DNA of 38,498 nt from Psammoneis japonica. Taxonomy: Eukaryota. Every line of letters starts with the position of its first letter. The first letter of the stretch is position 1. Under the pieces are notes generated by a model. It was not told where the DNA came from, did no database searches, and worked only from the letters and a program-made list of their open reading frames with translations. Position numbers and translations under genes: made by a program. Positions 1 to 9,694 of the stretch are shown piece by piece. The DNA lies in contig QPGO01000366.1 in the NCBI GenBank assembly GCA_008632985.1, positions 1 through 38,498 of the forward strand. The letters are read 5' to 3'.

Positions 1-169
1 TCGAATCTTGGATCTCTGATTGAATCGTGGAGGTCCGATGTTGTTGTAAAAACATGCAAATATGAATATTGTCACAGCTGTTGTCTAACAATTACGACAC
101 CGTTCAATGTATTCGATAATATCGATTGAACGGGATCTATAGCATAAAATATAAGATGAAATATGACTG

Positions 170-377
170 CACATGTGCAGAATACTAGTGCAATTAATCG
201 TTGGGCGTCAGTTGTTTTTTTTGTTGTGCAATCACAAATAATGTAAGCCATAAAGCGCACGGCAAAGGCCAAGGCGAAAGTAGAACCACATGTGGCTAAC
301 ATTAATGATGTGGCGGATTGAATGGTCACCCTCATTCTTCCAATTTACACATCTTATGTGCAGAATGAAGGGGATCG
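170..377. repeat. Degenerate ~165-180 bp tandem repeat, unit 1 plus start of unit 2 (cut by the copia insertion)
   Basis: Blocks atgtgcagaata / tcacaaat / gcaaaggccaaggcgaaagtagaaccacat / ttaat / attcttcc recur at 353-370, 6530-6620 and 6663-6830. Confidence 0.65.
373..377. repeat. Target-site duplication GATCG (left copy)
   Basis: GATCG lies immediately before LTR start TGTGAG (378); the identical GATCG follows the other LTR at 6516-6520. Confidence 0.92.
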
Positions 378-630
378 TGTGAGCTAATAGTTTAATTAGA
401 ACTGAGTTGACAACTGGCCTTGTGATGAACACAGATGAACCAATTGTGATTGCTTTGAATTTCGAAAAGGTGAGAAGACGAACGTCTCAACAAGTGTTTT
501 CCGACAAGTGTTTGAGATGTCTTCAACAATTTGGGGGCCGTACGTGCAAACAATTTGGGGCCATAGAAATCGAATGTTGACAATCGGATGTCGTAGATGT
601 CGCGAGGCATAACAGACGTCAACAGTCACA
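378..630 (-). repeat. 3' LTR (253 bp)
   Basis: Starts TGTGAGC, ends GTCACA; aligns to 6262-6515 with 11 substitutions and 1 indel. Confidence 0.95.
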
Positions 631-640
631 CTCCCTCATT
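631..640 (-). other. Polypurine tract
   Basis: Minus strand reads AATGAGGGAG directly before the 3' LTR. Confidence 0.8.
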
Positions 641-659
641 CGATGAGATGGGTCACCAG

Positions 660-1362
660 CCGAAAAGCAAACGACGGAGCTTATAGAAAGCCGCCCAGGT
701 AGCTGTTTCGTGAAGATGTCGGCTTGTTGATCGGCAGTGCGAATGGGTTGAACTTTGATGCGGCCGTTGGCGACTTCGTTGCGAAAGTGGTGAAGTGTGA
801 CGTTGAAGTGTCGAGTGCGTGGGCACATTTTGGGTGCGCGAGCGATCTCCAGTGCGGCGGAGTTATCCTCGAACATCGTGCAATGCATGATGGGTGTCGT
901 TTTCACATTAATGTTTCTTTCCTTGAGTTCTTCCAATGGGCACATGATGGATTTCACATGTCTGGCAGCTGCAGAGAGAGCAATGCATTCAGATTCTGCA
1001 CTGCTGAGAGCAAACATTGTTTGCAGCTTGGAAGCCCAATGTGGGGGCACGTTTGCAAACTTGACAGCAAAACCAGAGCAAGAGCGAGCTGCATCAGGAT
1101 GGTTTGCTGCGACAGCCTTGTCCCAGTTGCCACAAAAATCAGCATCAACATGGCAATCAAGGCCACACATGTCGTCTGGTTTGATGATGTGTCCTTCATT
1201 TCGGGTGGCCAGCAGATGTCTTCCAATGTGTTTGATGGCAGCGCCGTGAGAAGCTTTGGGATTTGACGTGAAGCGGGCGCATTGGTGAGCAGCATGTGCA
1301 ATGTCACCTCTTGTTGATTTTTCTAAGAAGTTCAGTTTTCCAACACAGAGCGGCAGTTCCAT
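660..1362 (-). pseudogene. pol: Copia RT C-terminus and RNase H (degenerate)
   Basis: GKLNFLEKSTRGDIA, LDCHVDADF (YxDAD), WASKLQT...LSSAESECIALS (EAEYIA), FEDNSAA, QQADIFTK. Confidence 0.93.
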
Positions 1363-2279
1363 GATTCCTGAAAAGGTGCACCATCCGGATCGAGTCCGAC
1401 AAGTTTTGCAGTGCTTGCTGGGAGCTCATGTGTCTTGGTGTTGTTTGAATTCAAGTTGTTGCGAGTGCCAATGAGACCAAGGTCTTGGAGAATGCTGTCA
1501 ACAAGTTGTGGTTGGCACAGTTTGAAAGAGCCATCCGGTGACGTTTCGATTTTGACGCCGAGGTGGTCGCCAATGTCGCCTTCATCGGACACACGTGTGC
1601 GTGTGCCGAGGTCCTTGATGCATTGATCAATCTCAGCATCCGAAGGATCAAACACAAGACCGTCGTCGGTGCAAACCAGGAATGTGGTCGTTCCACGGCA
1701 GAAAACACATTCGTTGAATGAAGACTGTGTGAAACCAATGTCGAGCAGTGCGTTTCGTAAGAACACAAACCACGTTCGTCCAGTGTCTTTTCCACCATGT
1801 GTGTTTTTCAATGCTTCCAAACAATGCTTGTTGCGATCCAAATTGGGAAAGTTGGTGCCTCTTGGCAGTTCCACAAAGGTGGGCCTTGGAATGTCAGCGT
1901 GTGGACATGCCAGTGCAAAGTCAACTTGCCTTGATTTCCATTTGAAGAGGATGGAGAGAACAAGGAACAGACGGATGATAGTCCAAGAAAGTGTTGGAGC
2001 ATGGGTTTCCTCGTAATGTTTTCCTTTCTTCATTTTGTGTCCTCCCAAGTTGAGTCGACTTTTCCACTTGCATGCTTTGCGTGTGCCGATGCGTCGCTTG
2101 CGCTTCATGGACCACATTGCAGGAAGAACAGTCTCACCCTGTGGTGCATCAGCCTTTTCAATAACTCGCCAATGTTCTCCCATCGGCATGGTCTTGGACT
2201 TCTTTAACCACAGCTTTCTTGAATTCGTGAGCATCTGGTTCGCGAAGAGCCTCGTGCATGCAGAGAGTGTCCGGGTCAT
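1332..2279 (-). pseudogene. pol: Copia reverse transcriptase (RVT_2), degenerate
   Basis: WSMKRKR, KSRLNLGGHKM, ETHAP, QVDFALACPHA, HGGKDTGRTWF, catalytic CTDD at 1662-1673 (YxDD), GDHLGV. Confidence 0.93.
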
Positions 2280-2592
2280 TGGAAGCTTTCATGCTGTACA
2301 AAATGGGATCTTCTAGTTGATTTCGGTCGTCGTCGATGAGATGCATGTCCTGGGCAATAGCTTCACAAGTGGTTGCAGCGTATGAGACAACATTTTGTTG
2401 ACGTTGAAGTTGTGACTCAATGGCCCTTTGGGTCATTTGGCTTTACGACCAGAGCGAGTTGTGACCGTTGGTGTTGGCGATCCTGAGTCGGCTGCAGAAG
2501 TTTCAGAAGTCTCGTTTGTTGTTGATGGACCTCCCTCATTTGGTGGAGCAGTGGTCTCTGTTTGATCCGAGTGGCTTAGAGATGATCCTGTG

Positions 2593-3700
2593 TCATTTGC
2601 ATTGTCCCATGTCAGTTGGTGGCAAGTCCGACACATCTGGAGCAGGAGCTGCAGTCACCTTGCGTCTTGACTTGTCAGTTGTTTTTGCAGAGAATCTGAC
2701 GCGTGCTTGTTTCTTGCAACGACACTTTTCTTGCCATGCACTTCGAGGGATGACGGATGAGCCTTTGACAGTCTCAAATGGGTCGTCAAATTTGACATGG
2801 TGTTGTGGAGAGGCAAGTCCTGTTTCAAGGTCAAGGACAAGTGCCACAGATCTGGCGTGTCTGGGTGAAGGTCCGAGGTAAATGCCCACTCGTGCTCTTG
2901 TTTCCCACTTTGGCAGATGAGAGCCTGACTGTGACTTGTTCTTTAACACATGCACAGGACATCCAAAAGAGTGGAAGTGTGCGAAGAGCTCCATTGGAGA
3001 TTCGTTTCCAGGAGATCTGGCGGCATGATTGTGCACGTTGTTGGCATGGCGCACAGCACATGGCCACAAGTGGTGATCAACAGCGTTTGGCCAGCAATGG
3101 TGAGCGTGCACAAGTTGTGTTCTCGCTTGCTCTTGTAGGTCTCTAATGCGTTTTTCTGCTCTGCCGTTCTGAAAGTGTGCATTGACTCCGCAACAGGTTG
3201 TATGCTGCCCTTGTTGACGTCCCGATTTGATGAATGCGTTGTCGCGAATCGTCCATTGTCGGCGTGACAGTGTTGGAGACGAACTCCGAGGGAGCAGGCA
3301 AATGCTTCACAAGCAATTTTGGCGTGCAGCGTTTCTTCTGAGGTGATCGATTTCTGCAAGCATCCGAAGGACAGGTCGCTGTGGTGGTCGACGAAGACCG
3401 TGACGCAGCGACATCGTTGACATGTTGGCATGCCCTTGAGTTGAGCTGTCAGTCCAGGCGTGGTGGCGTCGAGTTGGTCGACAGACACCACTTGGCCGGC
3501 AGCAGTGGCTTTGAAAATTTTGGTTTGTTGTGTGCCCTTGGTTCGCCATGGGCCTTGGTGGCTTTACCATGGCGGCATGCAGCGCACACGGGTACGCGGC
3601 AATCAGCGAGGCGCTTGGGTGGGTCTCCGGAGTTAGCCACATGCTTGTGCGTGAGAATGGCAAGTGTCCGAGTCGGCAGTGCCAAAGTAGTAGTTCGTTG
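2593..3700 (-). pseudogene. pol: Copia integrase with GAG-pre-integrase zinc finger, frameshifted
   Basis: CAACRHGK, VSVDQL, TVFVDHHSD, HCHADNGRF, LWPCAVRHA, FGCPVHVL, GIYLGPSP, SPQHHVKFDD, spread over several frames. Confidence 0.9.
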
Positions 3701-4217
3701 GAGGAGTCAGGTCATCTGGGAATGTTTGGTCCTCGACGACTGGTGCGCCAAAGTTTGCATCCGAGAAGTCCACCGTGTTGGGTGTCGTGGCTTCTGGTGT
3801 AGCCGCAGTTGAGTTTGTAGGCGTTGTAGCAGCTGTTGAGTTGCTGTTATCGATGGCCTCGTTGAACGTGTGACGTGCAGTTGGTGCAGTGGTCTGTTCT
3901 TCAGGTAAGTCTTCAGGTTCGGGTTCGATGATGTGTACATTTTGAAATACTTTAGGTTCTCGTGCTTGCGAGTTGTACTCACGCTCAAATTCGTTGTGCT
4001 TGTCATAGGATGGAGCGGAGCGGAAGACTGGTACGTTTGCCTTGGAGAGCGGCATAGTGCGAGAGTATTTCTCGTCTTGCCATCGAAGTATCGTTCGATC
4101 GTGAAGTGTCTTTTCATAAGTACCATCCGGATTGTTGGAAATTGGTGCGAGTACTTGTGCCAAGTGTTGTGGCGAGAGAAGACGAATTGGAAGCGTAGGT
4201 ACGTAGTACGTGTTCGG

Positions 4218-4260
4218 NNNNNNNNNNNNNNNNNNNNNNNNNNNNNNNNNNNNNNNNNNN
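4218..4260. other. Assembly gap (N run)
   Basis: 43 N. Confidence 1.
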
Positions 4261-4798
4261 TAACTTTGCCCTTGAAGGTCGATTTGGCGTTGCCACTTGC
4301 AGCTTCCACGACAACGTTGACCTCAGTTGGTGGTTCAATGAAGTCGTCTTTGTTGTTGGTCATGCAGTGGGAGGCATGGTTGTCAACTCCGATGTTGAAC
4401 GAGTCTGTGTCGAAGTTGTGATCGTGTTGATCATTGCAGTTACAGCCATGGGAGCATGATGCAGTGTGGCATGAGGCGTGCTGCGATTTGAACCGTGTGA
4501 GTCGGCAAGTGGCTTTGTTGCACATGATGAAGTGTCGGCGTTTTCGTCGGATATAACGCATGTTGGTCTTGAGACAGTTTGGTTTCCTTGGTGGTCTACG
4601 ACTTCTCAGGAGACATTCTGTCATTCGTCGTAACCAGGAACGCAGGAGTGGAAAGGAGTGGAGCCAGTTCAGCAGTTCCACCATTGCGCAGCAGATCATG
4701 TTGAGCGCACAGAAGAATGGCAGGAAGACTGCGCACACACCACAGAACAGCCACAGCCGCAAGTGCAGCTTGACTTGCAATGCGGTGCTGACGAGCAC
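4261..4798 (-). pseudogene. pol: Start of pol: hydrophobic linker plus aspartic protease
   Basis: FDTDSFNIGVDNHASHCM (motif core at 4361-4390) occupies the copia protease D-S/T-G position; same frame as gag, separated by one TGA. Confidence 0.7.
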
Positions 4799-6169
4799 TC
4801 ACTCTTGATCCGATGCGTCTTGTGCGCCAATGTTTGCCACAGAGGCAGTTGGGTCAGATTCGGCCTTGTCCTTGATGGTGGTGCAGTCCTTGGTGAGGTG
4901 AGCAGACCAATGCTCGTGATGTTTGCACCATTTGCAGGGTTTGCCCTCAACAGTCTTGGTGTGTGATTGTCCGTCTTTAGGAGCCGTGTTGCGCCAGGCT
5001 AGCTTTCCGTAGAAGAGTTGTTTCTTGCATCCGTTGGGTGGGATCTTGAACTTCTGGCACTTGTTGTGATTGTTGGAACCCGATTCTTTTGTTTTGTTGC
5101 TCTTGGTGGAGCTCTGAGCATTCCTGTTTCTGCTGCTGGCAGAGCGTGGAGCGTTGCGAGCTTTGTTGTCGCGGAGAGTCTTCACTTCGGCTTGTGGAGC
5201 TACGATGGTTTCTTGCTCTTTCGTTGGTGCCATCCACTTTTCAGATTCGATGAGGATCTTGCACTTGTTTTCAGCCTTGAGCATGAGAGCATGCACGTCA
5301 AGATCCGATCCATCTTCGCAGTCACTCTTGCACTTCTTGATGGACTCGATGAATTCTGAGTCGGTGCACGTGAGGCAAGCCTTGAACACGTTGTTCAGCA
5401 GGTCGGAACTGGTGTGGCCGCGAGCAGCAAGTTTCTTTTCCAAAGATTTGACGTGGTTGTTGAAAGTCTTGATGTTTTGACCGTCAACTGCAGCCATGCA
5501 AGCGTCTGGATTGCCCATTTGGTCACGGATCACCGAGACAGCAGCCCTTGTGTCGACTTGAGCCTTGGACAGAAGAGCTTTGAGGTGGGCCACACCGCAT
5601 TCCTCATCTCCAACAGTGCACTGAGCCTTTTCTTCCGTTGCCATGATGGTCTTGGAGGCCTCGTCTAGGGTGCTCTGGAGACATGCGAGAAGCTGGTGGT
5701 TGTTCTGCACGTTGCGTTGCGCCAGATTGAGGCAAGCAGCAGATGCGGTGCGAATTTGTTCAGCTGAGATTTGTCCACACTCAGTGAGCATGTCCTTGTT
5801 CTCGACTGGCAAAGCAGGAACTGCGCCATGGTTGATGTCAATCGTGAGGACTTCGTTCCAACCATTGGCTTTGGAGCGGACTGCGAGTTCTTCGAGGAAG
5901 ACTGGGATGTTGGGCGATTCAAGACTGAACTGGGTGTCCAACGGCTTGGTCGCGTCTACGAAAACGAGCGCGTCGCCTTTCTTGGTGTGGTCTAAAACGT
6001 CTGCACGGGCCAGTGCTGGTGACTTGGCGAAAGGTCCTGGAGCAGCTGCTGCTGGTGGTGCAGGCATGTTGTTCACAATCGGCTGGACAGCCGCCTGGAC
6101 AGCTTGTGCGATGGCATTGGCGAGCGCGTCAGCGCCGGGCCATGACGAGGTCTTGAAGTTCCTGAGCAC
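4799..6169 (-). CDS. gag: Copia Gag (open frame but heavily missense-mutated; true start uncertain)
   Basis: 456-aa ORF after the 5' LTR with C-terminal knuckle CKWCKHHEHWSAHLTKDC; only one Tyr in 456 aa. Confidence 0.85.
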   Translation of the reverse strand: MLRNFKTSSWPGADALANAIAQAVQAAVQPIVNNMPAPPAAAAPGPFAKSPALARADVLDHTKKGDALVFVDATKPLDTQFSLESPNIPVFLEELAVRSKANGWNEVLTIDINHGAVPALPVENKDMLTECGQISAEQIRTASAACLNLAQRNVQNNHQLLACLQSTLDEASKTIMATEEKAQCTVGDEECGVAHLKALLSKAQVDTRAAVSVIRDQMGNPDACMAAVDGQNIKTFNNHVKSLEKKLAARGHTSSDLLNNVFKACLTCTDSEFIESIKKCKSDCEDGSDLDVHALMLKAENKCKILIESEKWMAPTKEQETIVAPQAEVKTLRDNKARNAPRSASSRNRNAQSSTKSNKTKESGSNNHNKCQKFKIPPNGCKKQLFYGKLAWRNTAPKDGQSHTKTVEGKPCKWCKHHEHWSAHLTKDCTTIKDKAESDPTASVANIGAQDASDQE

Positions 6170-6245
6170 GTCTTTGTGCTCCTCTTGTCAAACGGCGCAT
6201 CTTGTTGGTTTGGAGAGAACGTTGCTGGTTCGATCAAGAACACTT

Positions 6246-6261
6246 TGTCGCAGAGGAAGCG
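6246..6261 (-). other. Putative primer-binding site complementary to the D-arm of initiator tRNA-Met
   Basis: Plus strand 6246-6263 TGTCGCAGAGGAAGCGTG versus eukaryotic tRNA-iMet nt 8-25 TGGCGCAGCGGAAGCGTG (16/18); abuts the LTR. Confidence 0.6.
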
Positions 6262-6515
6262 TGTGAGCTGACAGTTTAATTAGAACTAAGTTGACAACTA
6301 GCCTTGTGATGAACACAGATGAACCAATTGTGATTACTTTGAATTTCGAAAAGGTGAGAAGACGAACGTCTCAATAAGTGTTTTCCGATGAGTGTTTGAG
6401 ATGTCTTCAACAATTTGGGGGCCGTACGTGTAAACAATTTGGGGCCATAGAAATCGAATGTTGACAATCGGATGTCGTAGATGTCGCGAGGCATAAATAG
6501 ACGTCAATAGTCACA
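6262..6515 (-). repeat. 5' LTR (254 bp)
   Basis: TGTGAGC...GTCACA, copy of 378-630. Confidence 0.95.
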
Positions 6516-6520
6516 GATCG
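6516..6520. repeat. Target-site duplication GATCG (right copy)
   Basis: Identical to 373-377. Confidence 0.92.
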
Positions 6521-6830
6521 TTTCGATCACTCTTTTGTCGTGCATTCAGAAAGGCAAGCCATGAGGCGTCTAGTGTGAAGGATAAGGCAAAAGTAGAATC
6601 TCATATGGTTAATAAAAATGTGTCGGATTGTTTGACAATGTTTCTTCTTCCCTTTGACCTATCTGATGTACAGAATACGGTGCATCATTCTTTCCTTCTT
6701 GTGTCGTGTGGTCACAAATGCAAACCACAACGGCTCTAGAGCAAAGGCTAAGGCAAAAATAGAGCCGCATATGAGCAATGTTAATATGTATGATTTAATG
6801 GTAAAGTTTATTCTTCCTTTACTGCACCAT
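6521..6830. repeat. Degenerate tandem repeat, rest of unit 2 and unit 3
   Basis: aaggcaaaagtagaatctcatatg (6584-6607) and aaggcaaaaatagagccgcatatg (6750-6773) match aaggcgaaagtagaaccacatgtg (271-294). Confidence 0.65.
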
Positions 6831-7048
6831 AAGGGGCCGCTTTATGTCGATTTGTCGATGCATCCGTCATGGTCGGCGGCGGCAGAGCGTGGCTTTCTAC
6901 CGGCATCATATATCTGGTTGAATGTGGGAAACAGCACACCCGCCTATACAAAATTAGACGGGAATTACCGCACTGCACTCATTTTTTGTTCCTTCCCCTG
7001 ACCCCTTTCAGTCGTTCCTTCCCGCTAAATTACCCTCATTTCCCGGGT

Positions 7049-7110
7049 ATTCCCCAAAAGGGTAAGGCAATTCCCCCTTACCCTTGCCATTTTGGGGAAT
7101 CCCCAAATGG
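7049..7110. repeat. Nested inverted repeats, probable transposon sub-terminus
   Basis: attccccaaaa (7049-7059) pairs with ttttggggaat (7090-7100); aagggtaagg (7058-7067) with ccttaccctt (7076-7085); ccattttgggg-aat-ccccaaatgg (7087-7110). Confidence 0.7.
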
Positions 7111-7689
7111 ATGAAACCAAACCAAGCCTTGAGTTTGCCAAGGCGATGAACAAGTGCAGCACTCCACCGCCATCTTGTGACTGCTGGTGCGTTGAACCTT
7201 CGTCATCCCACACACCGCCGACCACCGACCTGGACCACGCATGGAAACAACATGATCAATCATTGTGAGCACCTGTGTGCATGCATGTGAGTGAGTGCGG
7301 CAAGCAAAATTCTGCTTGATGTGCAGTCTGTCCACACCCAGGCAAAAATCTTGAAATGAAGAAAGGTCCCTGCTGCTGCACGTGCTGCAAGTGTGCGGCA
7401 TCCAACAAAGATCCCGGATCCTTGGATGCAGGTTCCTTGTTGGGTGTGGCTTGTGGCTGGAATTGATTGTTCGAAATTTGGTGCAGATTTCTGTGTGAAC
7501 AGCACAACACGTCACCAAGTTGAAGTTCATTTCATTGGAGGGAAAACAAAAAGAATGAGAATTGTCACGTGCCTGGTTGCTCAACGACGACATTCACAGC
7601 TTCTTGAAAATCCTTGGCTTTTGGCACTGCAACCTGTGCCCACCTTGCCAACCCACCTGCGAAGCTCCCTGAGGGCCGAAGTGCAAAAA

Positions 7690-9694
7690 CCCATCATGTC
7701 TGATGTCCAAAAATTGTTCGCATCAAAACACATGCATTGGCTGTTCTTGGATTCTTGCGTTCAGAATCAATGGATGCCAGCAGACCTGTGGGCAGAGCAC
7801 CACAATGCAAAATTCAATGTCAATGATGAGGGGGTGCAAATCATGGGCAGAGAGTTGAAGAAGCAGTGTGGAAGTGTCGGCGGCATTTCAAATGTTGCAA
7901 AGGAGAACAATGTTGTTGCTGACGAAGTGAGAATCTGTGCAAAACGGAGTGCTCATGTGGCCTTGAGAAGGGTGGAAAACCATCACAACAAATGTTTCTT
8001 TTTGTCACCATTGGCAAGCCCCATTGGCACCTTTGTCCACCAGCAGCAACTGGCAATGACTCTGTGGAAGTGCGGCTGCAAAGTGGATCTGTCAAGACAA
8101 AATTTGGAAGAACTGCACTTGACCACACCAAAATGCCACCCAACACAGATCCAGACACACTCAACAGTGACAAAGCACAACAAGCAAAGAAGAAACAACA
8201 TCTTTCTGAAGAAAAAGACAATGATGGGATGTCAGTTGAAGAGCTGGATTCTGTCAGGTGACAAATTGCACCTCGACACACGACTGTTGGGATTCGACTC
8301 AAGTGCACAGCATTTTTGCACCGACCTTGGTTTACCCAGATGATGTTGATGTAAAGACAGTTGCACAAGATCGCGCTGACATTTTGTCTGCTGTTGTCAA
8401 TCATCCACATGGCTTTAAGTCAGTGTTGCCTGATCAGGATGACAAGAATCTGGCTGCCGACTGTGAAAAAATGTGTCCATTCGGCATCGTGCACTTCACA
8501 TCATGGCAGTGCTTCAGGCTGCACTTGACAACCTCAAGGGGGGAGGAAAAGAGATTGAGGGCAATGTGACTTGGGGCAAGTGCTGTTGACATGCTGCAAA
8601 AGATGGGCTCCAGCCCCAGGTGGGTCTTTTTGTGACATTTGGCCTGCACAATTCTGCATGCAAGCTCTGAAGCAAAATTGTTCAGTGATTAAAATGCAAA
8701 TGATCGCCAACAGAAAAAGAGGCAATTTTGTGAATGCATCTCCTCCTCCACACTTGAAGTGCATTGTTCACATTGTGCCCGGGTGCGTTCTTCAGACATT
8801 GAAGAACACACCCAGTGCATTTTCATTGTCACAAGTGCAGAAAATAAAAAGCCTTTGGCTTCACAAAACAGGCAGCAGAGAACAATTTTTTACAATGCAA
8901 CACGCAGAAATGTGTGCGCAAAACATGCAACGGATGACGAAAAACATTTTGTCACAGGTCAGCAGTGCGAGGTCCCACCCAGAGCTGGAATGCATCAAAA
9001 AAACTGGAGGAGGATGGTGTTGTTGCCATCACGAACTGGCTTGCTGTGCAGCATTGGTGTCAACATTTGGCACAAGTGGGAGACCACTTCCCTCAAAAAA
9101 CCAAAAGAGGCAAGCCTGCACTCCCACCTTTTTTCAGCGGCAATCCTGAAGTCAAGAATGCATTCATTTGGCAAGCAGCGCGCAATCTGAAAGATCTTTC
9201 AATTGAGTTGATGCACCACAAGAGCCTTTGCCAGAAGACAATTCCTCCTGCACTGCTGCTGAGCACAAAGAACGATGTTGTTGTGGAAGATGTGATGAAT
9301 TTGAACAAACTGTTGAGTCTGCTGGCAAACTTCATTTGCCAACTGAAGAAGAGGAAGATGCCAAAAGTTTGTTTCTGAAGCAGTTTGGACCAAGGACACT
9401 TTCCAATTGACAGCAGCATGATGGGTGCGTCTTCTCAGATTCAAGTGTGCTCACAGGATGAAAAGCTTTTGTGTTGATGGTTGTGAGAAGCCTGCCATGA
9501 AGGCGCATCAAAAACAACTCACCAAAGAACACCTTGAGTTGGAGACAAGGTGCCACAGGTGGGTGCAAGTTCCGCTGGAAGAAGCAACGGAGCTCATGAA
9601 TGCAGACTCCCTCTTTGCAGTGCACTTGGTTGGGCAGCTCAATCACTCATTTTCAGCACTCATTCCAGAGGATGGAGAAAGTTCATTTCCCTGA
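7690..9694 (+). pseudogene. Degenerate DNA transposase, probably IS630-Tc1-mariner-like (5' part; catalytic region not seen)
   Basis: 9422-9590 reads WVRLLRFKCAHRMKSFCVDGCEKPAMKAHQKQLTKEHLELETRCHRWVQ, fitting the W..LG(F/W).Y...K..YxDGHE...YR motif of such transposases once Cys/His are reverted to Tyr. 5' extent approximate. Confidence 0.55.

Larger units (their letters stand above)
378..6515 (-). mobile_element. Full-length Ty1/copia LTR retrotransposon (CoDi-like), inactivated
   Basis: Two TG...CA LTRs, 5-bp TSD, PPT, and minus-strand domain order gag-PR-IN-RT-RNaseH (copia order). Confidence 0.96.

Noticed and set aside
72..335. 87-aa hydrophobic ORF as a membrane-protein gene
   Set aside because: It overlaps the degenerate tandem repeat, and the equivalent position in unit 2 has an in-frame stop; coding status is unsupported.
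660..6169. Alternative genetic code (TGY/CAY read as Tyr)
   Set aside because: Neighbouring host genes use TAY for conserved Tyr (NTCY, EGYMD, GHYY), and the unmutated island of the same element has Tyr.
6246..6263. A tRNA gene
   Set aside because: Only an 18-nt match with no cloverleaf; interpreted as a PBS.
378..6515. Classical RIP (CpA to TpA) as the cause of LTR differences
   Set aside because: RIP would enrich TA and add stops; here TA is depleted and conserved Tyr codons are lost.
378..6515. ADAR-type RNA editing before reverse transcription
   Set aside because: Both A-to-G and T-to-C occur on the same strand, the LTRs differ from each other, and a probable DNA transposon is also affected.
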